This document shows, piece by piece, positions 27,590 to 41,187 of a DNA stretch of 64,000 bases. This stretch comes from Eledone cirrhosa (taxonomy: Eukaryota), in contig OZ024743.1 in assembly GCA_964016885.1 (NCBI GenBank), positions 38,812,001 through 38,876,000 on the forward strand, in the 5' to 3' direction. Numbering within the stretch: position 1 is the stretch's first letter; each line of letters opens with the position of its first letter. Below the pieces are notes generated by a model that had not been told where the DNA came from, made no database searches, and was given only the letters and a program-made list of their open reading frames with translations. The position numbers and the translations under genes were made by a program.

Positions 27590-29050
27590 ACGTAACTAAA
27601 TATAGCACATGTCGTATATTGTGTTATGTATTTTCCTGGGCAAAAGGCTGCGCCGTTTCGTCTTCGGCAAAACAACGCATTTGCTAGCCTTCTGCATTCG
27701 GCTGAAAGATGCAAGGGTTTGTAAGCCTCTACTGCTGCTAATTCCTGGGCTAAGACCACCACTAACACCAACTCCGGCAACACAACCAGCAGTAACAGAA
27801 GTGAAAACGGCACCACCAAATTAGTCTACCCAAAGGGAAAACGAGACAATATCTCCCAACCCCTATCTCACCCACCCAAAATACACACATTGACACAAAC
27901 ACAAATATAAACACACACACACAGACACATCTTCAACCAGTAGCGAAGATGAGGAGAACTTAAAGCCAAAACATAAACAAGAAGGCATAAATATATTCCG
28001 CAGGTCACAAACAAGCCCACAACAGAAAATACAGATACCACACACTCAACACACACAAAACAACCAGCACAATACCCGGTTCGTACAAAAGAGATTATGA
28101 AGAGCTGTTTCTGGGACGGGTCAACACTGAATATGGAAGCAACTTCATGTCTTTTAAATGGGTTTGGGTTTCCAATGGAATCGCCACCAACCAAAGAGGT
28201 CGACCCATCCAACGTCTTCCAGCCCCCGGGAGATAAGCAAACCTTTCCTCTCTCTCTTTTACCCTGTTAACATGCCATCCTAAGCGTCGGATGTTTAATT
28301 GTTCGTGGTCTTAAGTCGTCCTGGAAGCAGGGTCACCTGCTGAACGAACTCAGGTCAATAAATATGGATGTGTTTGCCGTCAGCAAGACCAAGATTTTCC
28401 GAACCTGCGCACTAGCCCCATGTTCAAGGTAATGTCGATTTTTCGGGATCCGAATGGTATTTTCGTGGTCCTGGACGTGCGTAATGCCGACGTTAGTGCC
28501 TTTAGACTGGGGACCGTCTACGCCTCAGCCCGGAGTGGATGGCCTGACTTCTTATCCTCCTGTACAATCGATCTGACAGGTACAGGCTCGATTTCCATAA
28601 TGTAGCAATGTGAACCTAGATCAACCGAATAGGTTGACCTACACGGAATATAGATAGCTTTGAATCAGTAGATAAGGATAGTAAGATTGTCCACATTTCG
28701 AGACGGTTGCCCATTCAGATCACAACTTTGTGATCTGCATGGTCGATTAAGATAGAACTCATTGGCTAAGACCTGGTTACAAAAAGCTCAGCATGTGGAT
28801 CTCGGGGTTAAATCTTACAGGGACCAAGTCACTACCTTAGTGAAGTGTAACTTAAAAGGAGTGGGGCATTAGGAACAAGAGGTTATGGGCTCTCAAAAGA
28901 GAGATTAGAGTTGTTTCAATAAGTTTTAGTAATGTGGTAACGTTAGAAAAATATAGAAAGTATGGGAAGCTGGTAGCTAAATTAGGAGATGTGATTAGAA
29001 GTGACATTCCATCTAACCTGCTCGCGGTGAGAATGTCATTTAACAATTTT
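27590..29050 (+). pseudogene. Decayed L1/Tx1-like LINE fragment (ORF1 remnant + AP endonuclease)
   Basis: ~28280 translates LSVGCLIVRGLKSSWKQGHLLNELRSINMDVFAVSKTK (NVRGL...D...ETK APE motif), then RDPNGIFVVLDV...FRLGTVYA. Confidence 0.55.
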
Positions 29051-29055
29051 GCTGC

Positions 29056-29200
29056 CTCTGCCACATCCTGGACCTTCCATCTTCTGTCAGTCTCAAGCTT
29101 TGACCGGTCCGACCTCACAACCTTTGTTTTCCGAGTTCTCAAGCATGGTCAAATGCCTTGCTTTTTAGGCTTTGTACTACTCATCAAATAGCTGGCTTCG
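29056..29200 (-). pseudogene. Downstream piece of a HERO-like non-LTR retrotransposon ORF
   Basis: YKA.KARHLTMLENS...ETDRRWKVQDVAEAAK resembles EEYKVGKARL...TGRKWKAQEAV. It pairs with the fragment at 32509-32790. Confidence 0.6.
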
Positions 29201-31023
29201 TTAGTGATAACTTTGTGACGGGCTTGTATTCATAATTTCCTCAATGTTTTGTTGAATATGAGAAAGGCACGCCAACATTTCTTCTTCCGTTGTACGTAAT
29301 CTCTCACGCTTCTTGTTTTTGATGTTGCTTAATGTTGAGAAGCTTAATCCACATATCTATGAAGTTGGAAATTGTAAGAAAATTGCTAAAGCTATTTTAC
29401 ATAATATGGGATACTACTCTTGAATTGAAATCCAAAATAAATTAATGGGCAGAGTCGAATGTTTTAATTTTAACCCTCGGTTACTAGAAAGAGTGGCTAA
29501 TACTTATTCCTTTAACTCAAGTTCAATTTTGGAAAAATGATTTATGAAAGGATCTCTAATCCAATCATACCTTTCTCTCGTTAATGACAGAAAGTAATTG
29601 TTGATGCTTTCGTCCAGGGCTGTCAGATGAGTAACCACAATAGGGATCATTTCTCTAATGCAGGTAGAACGCTATAAAGGGAACATATCACAATTGCCAG
29701 TGTTTACTCTTTTTCTCCAAATCACAACTTTGTTTTTGAGGGCATCTAACTTGTCTTTTGAAGTGAGAATATTTTCGTTTTTACCCTGCATACTACTGTT
29801 TGTTTTATTTAGTTCACTAAATATTTCTGTTAGGTACTCCATTTTAGACATCCACAATTTGCAACTAAGTTATTCATAGAATTCTCCTGCTTTTCCTGGA
29901 AAGAAAATGATAGTAATTCCTTGTGCAGTTCGTGAACACCATTTAGTACTTTGCCATTCGACAGCCAGCGAACCTCAGTGTGCATTAATAACTTAACATG
30001 CCGAGGGTCAATCTCTCTGCACAGTTGTTCTAATAATCGTCACTTCAATGGCCTACTTTTTATATAATTGACCATTCCAACAATTTCATGTGAAACAACC
30101 TTTAAATCTTCCTGCGATATTTTTGAAACAAGGACTTCTCTATGTAGAAAGCAATGGGTACGAATGAGATTTGGATGTTCTTTTTCTACGAAGGATACAA
30201 GTACTTTAATACAGCCTGTCATACATGGGGCTCCGTAGGTGCAAATGCCAACACAGGACTTCCAAGACAAATGTATGTCTTTGAGGTAGCCTCTTATCAA
30301 ATCAAAAATATGTTGACCTCTTGTAGTTGTGGACATTTCTTTACAGCACAACAATTGATTCATTATTTCATTCTCGTCAATAAAATGTACAGATGCAAGC
30401 AATTGACTTTTATTACTGATGTCAGTGGATTCATCCACGGTTAAGGCAAAATTAGAATTCTTAAGCTTTTTCTGAACATTGTCTTCAATATTTTTCGATA
30501 TATCTGGGATTCTTCTTCGTATTATATCATTTGAAAGCGGGATATTGGTCAATCCCTTCTCAGCCTTTTCACCAAACAGGGATTTTAACATCTGTTTGCA
30601 AGCTGGGAGGATGACTGACTCAGCAAGCGTGTGTGATTTAGATTCTAATGCTATTATTTCAGCCACCTGAATTGACGCTATTTGGGCTCGTTCAGACACG
30701 GTAATTATTTTTTCAAAATAACTTGGCTGTTTTGATTTCTGCTCTAACAGTCTTTGAAAGTAATCAAGCTTTTTATCTTTCAGAGATGAATGTATTGAAT
30801 TAAAATGTCTTTCTAACTTACTTGGTACCATGGATTCATTTGACATTCTTTCACCACACACTATGCATGATGGACTTGGTTTGTAAACGTCACTGGACCA
30901 ATAAAATCCAAATTTCAAATAATTTCCACAATATTGTTGAGTAATGTTTCTCTTTATGACAATAGAGGTTGATAGTTGTTCGCCTCTGGACTTAGACACT
31001 TCACTAATATCTTTCCATTTCAA
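29201..31023 (-). pseudogene. hAT transposase pseudogene (ZBED5/ZBED8-like)
   Basis: YLKFGF, PSCIVCGERMSNESMVPSKLERHF (BED finger), VDESTD, THCFLHREVL, HTEVRWLS, YLTEIFSELN and C-terminal SQSYH*. Premature stops after 30040. Confidence 0.9.
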
Positions 31024-32508
31024 ATATTTATCTATTGTGAAGAGTCATAAAATATCAAAATTACTGTTTTGGGTAGGATTGTTTATATTGTGATGACAGT
31101 GTCTTTCGGTCCCACAAAGCCTTCTCTTTCATGTACAAACAGCAAAATAATAAAAGTTTGTCTTCCTACGTAAAATTGCTGTTTATGAGACCATTTCTAG
31201 CTGGAAATCATTAATTTTCGATGTATTATGGACAAAACTATTTAATGTTTCAGCTCTAACACATCGTAAATCCGCAATTTGTGCTATGTTCCACACACCA
31301 GTAGGCATCTACAGACCTCTACTATAACCTCAGTATCATAAGATGATGAAACACTGGAACTCTCCGGAGTAAAAAGCCAGAAAATCGACCCATATTAAAC
31401 AAGCAAAAGCTCATCGACCCTCTTTTTCGGCTATACTCAGTGAGTGGCACCCGCTGATTGGTCCAGAACATCACGTGACCCCCCCCCCCCGTTACAATGT
31501 AAATATAGTGGCCAAACCCACTCTTTTGATGGGATAATCCACCAGAAAATTAGGAAATTATGCCATATAGAAATGAAGCAAGATAAAATATATGTAAAGG
31601 GAACCTAACATGGACCCATTAAGTAGCATAAACCAGAGAATTATGAACTAAATCATCGGAATCATCTATAGATTGTTGCAAAATAGAGGTAGAAGCTGAC
31701 ATTTGTGTTTCTAATATTTACAGGCAATTTTCTCAACATGGATATTTCTCAAAATTTCAAACCTCTTTCCAGAAAATCTACTCGATAGATTAGCTTGACA
31801 TTTTGACGATACCTTCCTTATAATAGTAGCTTCATCTTGACCGAAGCCATTTTTCATAAATGTTATAGTCACTTTCATCCAAAAATGATTTTTTTTTTCT
31901 TTTTTCTTTTACTGTCCAGCACACTAATGACGATACACAATTTTTTTCAAATATATCCAAAAAAGGCTTCTTTTCCCATACAATGAGGGTATCCTGATTC
32001 TAAAAAGTAAAAATCATCTTTATAGCTTATTTGTATTTTCTCAAAAGAACTCTGTAAATTAGGCTATATTTCAACCATTTTTGGTCATATCTCAGCAAAA
32101 ATTAGGACTAGATGAAAAATAAATATATCGTTTGTCTCAGTTTTAGAGGTAGATTCCACCATAAAAGTGAAAAAAAGATACATGATACAATTAATTTCTT
32201 TTTCCTCCGGGGGCGGTCCCACCTTGAGACAAGTATTGACCAATATCCATTCATATGATCAATAATAATGACGAACAAAAGAATAAAAGATATCGAACTT
32301 TTAGCATTGCAACATTGGGAAACATTCCGTTCATTCCTAAATGAACAAAACTATGTGGTGCAACATGTTACACCACAGACTGTTAATACTCAATTGGGAT
32401 CACGTGGTTTTTCGCATTTTCTTAGTGTGCCGTTAAATAAATTGTGGCACACTTAGGAAGATCTCGCGGCCCACGAGTGTGCCGCGGCACACTGGTTGAG
32501 TATCACTG
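29201..32508 (-). mobile_element. hAT (Charlie/Buster, ZBED5/SCAND3-like) DNA transposon, decayed, 3' TIR missing
   Basis: 5' terminus CAGTGATACTCAACCAGTGTGCCGCGGCACAC at 32508. Transposase remnant runs to a stop at 29201. Confidence 0.85.
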
Positions 32509-32790
32509 CAGACGTTTGTCTGTCATGTGCTCGGTTTCGTCTCCCACTTTCGTAACTTTCAGAGTGTCGTAATACCATCTTCCTAGACACTTGACTGGTT
32601 CCTCAGCCATTAGTTGAATCTTTTGGTTGGCTACTGTGAATACCACTACTGCTGCGACTTTCCTTTTCCGCAGACAGTGACTCCGAGATTTCTCTGGTTT
32701 GAAACTCATTCTGGAAGAGGTAACACATTTATCCAACTGTCCCAGTATCTTACGTGTTTCATCTTCCTTTGTGGCAAGGACTGTCATAAT
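32509..32790 (-). pseudogene. HERO-like non-LTR retrotransposon RT fragment, interrupted by the hAT
   Basis: MTVL...RMSFKPEKSRSHCLRKRKV...EEPVKCLGRWYYDTLK, matching the region after the RT DD motif in this clade. Confidence 0.7.
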
Positions 32791-34988
32791 AAGGTATTTA
32801 TTCTCGGTGAGGTTTCAATTTAGCCTATAATATTAGCTTAGAATATTATGTTTTTAAACAAGTCGTATACATTCCTTGGTCTTCATTTCATGTTTCTATG
32901 CTGTTCAAAGATTTATATTTGTTCTTACATTTTTTGATATGATATGAACAATTCCAACCACAACCTATTAAAATGTAAACGTACTCTCTGTTTTGGTGCA
33001 CAGAAATAACCGGTATTTTGAATACAACATATGTATTCATGTTCTGAATACAAATGTTCATTATATTGCCTGGAACTCCTAATCATGGTTTTCTAACTAG
33101 ATGATTTCTCACTGATTGAACCATTATAATGAAATATTCTTGCTACAAACTCTAAATAACATAAAACCACATCTCTTCAATTATTGAAACGCATGATTAA
33201 TAATTACATTTATAATTTAACTTGGATATATTTAATAGTATATATGTTTCCAGAATAATTGCAACTATTTAGAAGGAAAACCGAGAAGCACACGTACATG
33301 CTAGATATGTTTTCACTTTTGGGTTATAAGCATGAAATATCACATGCATAGCCCATACTAAACATACATTTGAAAGTTACATTATTCATCGCTGTTCTTT
33401 GGATTTATAGCTTCGTGTTTACAGTATATTAACTGTTGTCTGTTTGACATACAAAAGAGGCGGAAGTTCATGTTATATGATATGGCGTATAATATCAGGA
33501 TAACAATTGTTTCCGTAGTGTACCTATGTACATGATTAGCATTGCCATCACAATAGAGTATATCACCATTTATTCAAAAATAATAACAGTATATATGATG
33601 GTATCCAGATGAACGTAATATGTTTCATGCCATCATATTTTAACTCGCGAGATTAAAAATAAATAGATAATAATGCATTATTTACAAAGATGATTCAAAA
33701 CCTAACATTGGAGGAAAAATAAGAAAAAAAAAGTGGTTTCAAATAAATCAAATAGCTGATTTCCAATATACAAAGTGTATATCAAAAGTCGTTAACATGA
33801 ATAAAAGATAACTTTACCCGATAAAGTTCATGTATTGTATTCTCATCAATATGATGCACTCAATTTGCTAAATTATTTTCAAAGAAATCCTTGTGAAACA
33901 TTTGGCAACTTTGTAGGTGTTTAGTAGTAGATCTCTCAACCATTACAACTGGTTCACTAATCATAACGAAGTATTGCAATATAAATCAAATACACACAGT
34001 GATTTTCATTAATATGCTTGTGTATTATTAAAATGTGTAATGATAAACTATTATAAAGAATGCTTCAAAGTAACAACTCTATAATATGATTATATGCATT
34101 TTTGAAAAAAATAAATAGTGAACTACTTATAAATGGTGAATAACTTAATAAGTCGTTGTGAAATAGTGAACGTTTTAATAATATAATATATAATAATTCT
34201 GTGTAATATGCAATGTAACAGTTAACTTTAAATGAGTACTACATTACAAGAGATAATACCCTGCATTCTATACGTATATAAAATGAACTGATCTAAGTTT
34301 CCAAGTATAATTATTTTATGAATAATAAAATGTTTTAGTTTGCTTGAAGCTTTGTATAAAATATATAACGTTGAAAGATACAGTAGGCTAAAAAATGCAA
34401 AATTGACTGTAAGCAGAGGTAACGAAAAGTATGTTACCTGGTAATGTTGGTTTTGTTTTTTGTTGTTCTTTTTTCTGTACAAGATTTCGGGAAAAGTTTG
34501 ATTCATTAGAGAAGACCAATTAAACTTTGTTTCCATTGACCCTTTCGTTGCGCTCACAATGTGCGGGAAAACGCCTTGAAAGATTGAGCTACACAAAATG
34601 ATTTATGTTGTGCTAGAATAAAACGTTCCATACTATTCAGCAATCAACGCAGCACGTTATGAAAGTTAGTACAAATAAGGTGAAGCACCTTCACAAAAGA
34701 GGCCATTGAAGAAAAGTGATGTGGATATTTAAATATGATTATTAGATACTGGGTCTGAGCGGGTAATTTCATGACGGAATCAGAAAAAAAATATCAACAT
34801 TAATGAATGAAGCGTAGAATATAAACCCCATTAACAGCGAACGATTGATATCCAAATGTTAATGCTAAATTATTATTAGTGTCTCCAAATCAATTTAACA
34901 TCATTACAATTTTACAGTAGCCTTCAACTGAGTCATATATAAGACACCTACCAGGAAGTGCGTACAGAAGAACCATATTTTATTTGTG

Positions 34989-35029
<41 letters not shown>

Positions 35030-35096
35030 TTCGTTGTTTCTGAATTTGTTTTGCAAAATTCTTTATCTGAAAACGTGTGTTGAAAGCGATATTGAT

Positions 35097-35172
35097 ATAC
35101 TTTGGGAGGGTCATGTTGCCAATAAGAAACGTGCGTGGGTTTCTTATTGGCAACATGACTCTCCCAAAGTAT
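35097..35172. repeat. 34-bp-arm hairpin next to (TA)n; probable minimal PLE inverted remnant
   Basis: atactttgggagggtcatgttgccaataagaaac-gtgcgtgg-gtttcttattggcaacatgactctcccaaagtat. Confidence 0.7.
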
Positions 35173-35271
35173 AACAGTATATATATATATATATATTTGT
35201 ATGTGTATGTTTATATATTTATATATATGTTATTTATGTGTGTCTATATATATATATATATATATTATTTA

Positions 35272-35333
<62 letters not shown>

Positions 35334-35797
35334 GAAAAGATGAATATAAAATGAAAGTGCTTTTTTTAAAAAAAAGGAATTTATTAGGTATTGACATATG
35401 TTTCTGTAACAGACGGAATACCTATGTATCGCTGCGGAATACCTATGTATCGCTATATATATATGTATATATATATGTATATCACTGATTACATATTGTG
35501 TTATATATTTCAGCAACATGACTTTTTTAAGAACTTATAATTTGGTTTAGAAGCATTCATAAAAGTTAAAGCAATGTCCTCAGTATACAGAGAAAATCTT
35601 CCACGCAAAACCTTGTAGATTGGTAGCCCGAGGCAAAATACTATCTCAAGAACAAACCACGATGACGGTATAACGCCATAATAGAATATTTAATGTGTCA
35701 AGAATCAATAGTGCCGCACAGATATTTGAATTGTCACCGTAGGAGAGATATGAATTATTAAAAATATTTGATAAACTTTAGATTCTTATCGAATAAC

Positions 35798-35972
35798 TGT
35801 TTCTACTTTTGGCACAAGGCCAGCAATTAACCCAGTGTATTACTGGTACTTTATTTTATCGACCCCGAAAGGATGAAAGGCAAAGTTAACCTCGGCGGGA
35901 TTTGAACTCAGAATGGCAAGGGCCGTAACTCTATGCGTCAAAGCATGGCGTCCGACCCTCTACTGGTACTGC
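35798..35972 (-). mobile_element. SINE family A with 10-bp TSD
   Basis: Reverse-complement copy. atcgaataac flanks both sides (35788-35797 and 35973-35982). Confidence 0.85.
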
Positions 35973-36285
35973 ATCGAATAACATTCAGTGATTTGCTTTC
36001 AAGGCGTTTGCCAATGTTTGAATATAAATTTCCTATATTTTCGTTTCATTCTAGTTGGTCTTTATAGATTTAACCATCTGTTGCGGCTATGCTGAACTAC
36101 AATATGGCCAAGTACATTTTTAAAGTATATCGACCCCAGTAGATAGTTTAATAGGCAGTATATCATAGTTTAATCATCTACTTTGGAATGTAATAGTATG
36201 CGTACATTTATGGTGTTTTTCTTTATTTACGACATAACTACGTTAAGACATTTTCACCTTCATTGCTGTTCACATACGGTGAATA

Positions 36286-36468
36286 GGGCTGTGAATTGGC
36301 AGTATCGGTAGAGGGCTGGACGCCATGCTTTCTAGCATAGTTACGTCCCTTTACAGTGTGAGTTCCAATCCCACCGAGGTTAACTTTGCCTTTCATCCTT
36401 ACGATAAAATAAAGTACCAGTAATGCACTGGGTAATTGCTGGCCTCGTGCCAAAAGTAGAAACAATTA
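36286..36468 (+). mobile_element. SINE family A
   Basis: Same head, body and tail as 8307. ctgttcacatac is repeated near both ends. Confidence 0.85.
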
Positions 36469-36545
36469 CTGTTCACATACACACTTTTACGAATATATAC
36501 ACTTTCAAACAAAGTAATATATATATGCATACATACACGCATATA

Positions 36546-36612
<67 letters not shown>

Positions 36613-37321
36613 CAAAGACTGTGTGGTAAGATACCAGGTCAATCATAGATCCGCTCGGATCTAGCTCTGTCGATACGGCTTGATCTCAACCACCGTGATC
36701 CTGAATATTTTCATATATATATATAATTGGCTTCCTTCTAGTCTGCTAAATGTAGCATATTTCGCTTCGGAGATATATATATATATATATATATCAAACT
36801 ATCTTGATTGAAGGAATGTCGCTATATAATATTATATATGTTTCCATCAATAGAGCCTGCAATAAATCTCCTATTTGATGCAATATTGGCTAGCTAAATC
36901 AGCATAAGTTTGAATATCAACAACAAATATCACAACCTACTCTAGAAATCAATGTAAATCTCGCTATTTGTATCCCTCATCCAAAAAGTCTAAATGTGAA
37001 GGAGTTGTGATTGCAGCAATATTAGTATATATGAATTTGACAACAAAAATCCGGAAGCATTATTATAGTTCCAATGGTAATTAATGAACAATTAGTAAAA
37101 TAAGAATTTATAATTAGGTAATATATAACGAAAAAAAGCAACACAAATAATGTTTTCAACAAATCTGAGTTTCAATAAACTGAGAAAAATGGAAATAAGT
37201 ATTGTAAAATTCAATTTTCAATTCTTTATTGAATTTCATATTAACAATCAGGAAATAGGAATAATTCAAAATGGAATTTAAATCCCTAATACTATAGCCT
37301 ATATAAATATATATATAATAT

Positions 37322-38067
37322 AAATAGAGAGAGAAAAGAAGAAGTTGGAAATAGCACGGGAGATATGTTTAAGGGTCTGTTTTTCTTTTTTGATTCGTCA
37401 AAGTGACATTATTGAAAAGATAATGTTATTAAAAAGATAATGTTATTAAAAAGATAATGTTATTAAAAAAAGAGGGACAATTCATATTTGAGGGCATCAT
37501 GGAAGACATTTTTTGAAGGGATGATGGAAAAAATTTTGCTCAAAGATTCGTTTTTGATTTTAATTTTAATTTTAAACCATTTTTACTCCCTTTTAATTAA
37601 CTTTTATCACTGAATTTGACAAGATGGATCTTAATACATCGAAACCGGTAATAGGTTCATACACTTTATATACTTCATGAAAGAATTTTCAAAAAAGAAT
37701 TGTCCCTCTTTATTTTAATAACATTATCTTTTTAATAATATCATCTTTTCAATAAAGGGCGGTGAATTAGCAGTATCGGTAGAGGGTCGGACGCCATGCT
37801 TTTCAACATAGTTACGTCCCTTTACTGTCGTAGTTCAAATCTCGTTGAGGTTAACTTTGCCTTTCATACTTACGGGGTCGATAAAATAAAGTAGCAGTAA
37901 TGTACTGGGTAATTGCTGGCCTTGTGCCAAATGTAGAAACAATTATGTTTTTAATAACACTATCTTTTCAATAATGTCAATTTGACGAAGCAACAAAGAA
38001 AAACAGACCCTTAAACGTATCTCCCATGCTATTACCAACTTCATCTTTTCTCTATACCGACTGTTTT
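37322..38067. mobile_element. Inverted PLE remnant with a central U3-A8 hammerhead; right arm interrupted by a SINE
   Basis: Arms ~37325-37530 and ~37670-38055. HHR at 37611-37659: gaat TTGACAA gatg..catc GAAA ccgg TA at. Confidence 0.7.
37756..37945 (+). mobile_element. SINE family A nested in a PLE arm
   Basis: gggcggtgaattagcagtatcggtag...gtagaaacaatta. Confidence 0.85.
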
Positions 38068-38087
38068 GTATATATATATATATATAT

Positions 38088-38482
38088 AAAAATACGTATT
38101 TAAGAAAGCCACAACAATGCAAAGGGAAATATCGAGGTAGGAAGTGAAATATAGATAGGAAAAACAGGTGAAAGTGAAAATTGAGAGAGACAAAGATGAA
38201 AACAAAACAAAGGTAGAAGGGTTACCGTAGTAGAGATTTAATCCCAATATTTCGCCCGTTGATGGGCGTGAGCCCGAAATATTGGGATTAAATCTCTACT
38301 ACGGTAACCCTTCTACCTTTGTTTTGTTTTCATCTTTGTCTCTCTCAATTTTCACTTTCACCTGTTTTTCCTATCTATATTTCACTTCCTACCTCGAGAT
38401 TTCCCTTTGCATTGTTGTGGCTTTCTTAAATACGTATTTTTACACATTTCACAATGCTTCAAGCAAACTTTAACACCCTCTT
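38088..38482. mobile_element. ~165-bp-arm palindrome between (TA)n tracts (PLE-type)
   Basis: 38088-38253 is the reverse complement of ~38275-38441, plus a ~40-bp tail. Near-identical mirror ORFs in the track confirm the symmetry. Confidence 0.8.
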
Positions 38483-38500
38483 ATATATATATATATATAT

Positions 38501-39162
38501 ATTATGAAGAGAGAAGAAACATTTAGATATAATTAGTAATAAAATGTATCATACCTAATCTGCTCCTAGATTCCTCGACTACGTAGTTTCGTGGCATAAA
38601 CAAAAACAATACATCATAAAGATATAGAGTCCTTGCGAGGTCTGCCGACTTATCAAGAGGATACCTCGTTTTACTAGCCTCAAGAACGCGTCTACACAAC
38701 GTGAGAAAGAATCCCAAAACGCGGAGGGGGAGATAGTCACGCGATATAACGGTCGAGAAACAGAGCTAAGCCTCTTATAACCCAGAAGAAAATACCACGG
38801 AGGCGGAGGGGGTATTTATATCGAAGCCGTAGAAGAGGTGGTGAAGGGGGCGAGAAGTATGAGTAATGGCAGCTTTCAGCAGTCACCACACTTCAAAGAT
38901 TACTCGACCAGAGGGAGTTATGAACAATATATTTAGAAACACACAGATACATGCGGACACACACATATACATGAATGCATCCACATCCAACCGTGAGTTA
39001 ATGGTGCCAACCTTACCGATGTTGCTCAATGAATGACTGGGACAGACCAATCCGGTTGAATTAGACTGAACCAGTATCAGAGTTAAAAATACATTATGAA
39101 GTGAGAAGAAACATTTAGATATAATTAGTAATAAAATGTATCATACCTAAACTGCTCCTAGA
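38501..39162 (-). mobile_element. 592-bp non-coding monomer with terminal redundancy and a U3-A8 hammerhead (retrozyme-like)
   Basis: 38501-38570 is repeated at 39093-39162. HHR at 38573-38660 on minus: cctc TTGATAA gtcggca...tgccac GAAA ctacgtag TC gagg. Confidence 0.65.
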
Positions 39163-39189
39163 TACCATAGGTATACAAAACCACGTATT

Positions 39190-40315
39190 TCCTGTATTAC
39201 AACCCCACGTTATACCCTAACGGATAGCACGATCTATACATGGATATTTTACGTCTTGATGTGGGAGTTAAATATATGTTTTGTTTATTCCTTTACTTAT
39301 TTGCATAGGTAAGTATATATTACCTATATGTTTTGTGAAGGTATGTATACCTTCTCGTACGTATATTTGACTGTTATGGCGTATCATTTTTACATATTCT
39401 GGTATTTAGGGGTTGGCTATGTGTACACGGGAGTTTTGCGTCCGAGTGAGTATGCAGGTTCGTACGTATGGTGGGTGTGTGTATATGTGTACTTCTTGTT
39501 TTAGTTGGCTTACGTCTCCGAACATTCGTGTATTTATATGTAGGTATGTGTGTGCGCTTGTTATATACGTATTTATTTACTTATATACGTTTATATAATT
39601 ATTTATTTATTTGTACACAAGGATACACACACACACATATTTATATGTGCGTGGTTTTGTATACCTATGGTAAGGTTTTGCGTATGCTTGTGTATGTACG
39701 TATCTGTTTGCGTGTATGTATTTATTTGTTTCTATTTCTTCTGTATTGTATTTATTTACTTTGTTCTTAACTCTGTAGCGGAGATTTATTTGGTCTCCTA
39801 GTTAGAATCTTAGTCTACGACTTCTGCTATACCATTTACGTGGTTTTGTCTTTGCGTGCTTTTGTTCTCCACGCTCCACATATGACTTATTATCTTCGTT
39901 TTTTCGTTCTTTGCCAGAGAACGTCTCTATGCACCACCTAAGAGAACATTAGTCTACGACCTCTTTTATACCATATACGTGGTTTTGTCTTTACGCGTAA
40001 TTGTTTTTCACCGCTGCTATTAATGACGTATTATTCGTTTTTTCCCGTTCTTTGCCAGCGAACGTTACCACGAACCAAAGTATCGTCTTCCTGTCTTCCT
40101 CCGGTTGCAACGTGTTTTGAAATATCCAGTTCTGCGTTTACAGATTGACTTTGTTAGTTTCAGAAGATCCCGTTAAGGGTGAAAGCAGCGATTCTTTGCT
40201 TAAACTTTAATCTGTTATTTTAATAAATATTTGCTGTACGGTTCTTATATATTTGATATATATTTTCCTTATCGAGCCCTCTTTGGATTTTAGTCTTCAA
40301 TTTTATTATTATTAC

Positions 40316-40316
<1 letters not shown>
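39190..40316 (+). mobile_element. Longer copy of the PLE 3' region seen at 3706-4826
   Basis: 39671-40316 is nearly identical to 4190-4826 and has the same terminus attattattac-(TA)n. Confidence 0.75.
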
Positions 40317-40346
<30 letters not shown>

Positions 40347-40972
40347 ATATATGTGTGCTATGTAAATATAGTTACTTATACGTAGGTGTGTGTATGTGGG
40401 TGCGTAAGTGTGTATATATATATGAATATATATATATATGTGTGTGATTGTGGGTGTATACATGTGTGGGCCTCTATATATGTGCATGTGTATTTGTGCA
40501 TGCATGTATGTGTTTAAGTGCATGTCACAGAAATGTGTGCGGATGATTATATATGGAGTATATATGCATTTTATTACTATTATTCTGTTTGTATTATTTT
40601 AACATATATCCTTTGTATATATCCGTATATGTATGTATGTATGTGTGTACATGTGTGTGTTTATATTTATATATATATATATCATATTGTATACTATATT
40701 GATATGTTAGACTTTATATTTCATATTTTTTGTTATGTTATTTTACAGTTGTTTTATGGTATAATTTGTTTTTTATTATATAATGTATTTTTAATTTACG
40801 ATTTTGTTTATGTATGTATATGTGAAAGCACTTGTGTGTGTAAGCAAATATGCATATGTGCAGGTGTGTGCATGTAGTAGTCCGTTTGCGTATGCATATG
40901 TAGATGTATATATGTCTGCATGTGTGTATGTAAGTATATACGTGGGTGTGCGTGTGCATGTAGTGTTTTTTG

Positions 40973-41039
<67 letters not shown>

Positions 41040-41127
41040 ATCTGTGTGTGTGTGTGTATGTATGTGTGTATGTAATTTTGTGTACGTACCCGTATATTGT
41101 ATGTATGTGTTGTCATGTGTGTATATG

Positions 41128-41184
<57 letters not shown>

Positions 41185-41187
<3 letters not shown>

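Noticed and set aside
30040-31023. Domesticated ZBED5/SCAND3-like host gene
   Set aside because: A premature stop and further lesions interrupt the catalytic region, and a transposon terminus is retained at 32508.
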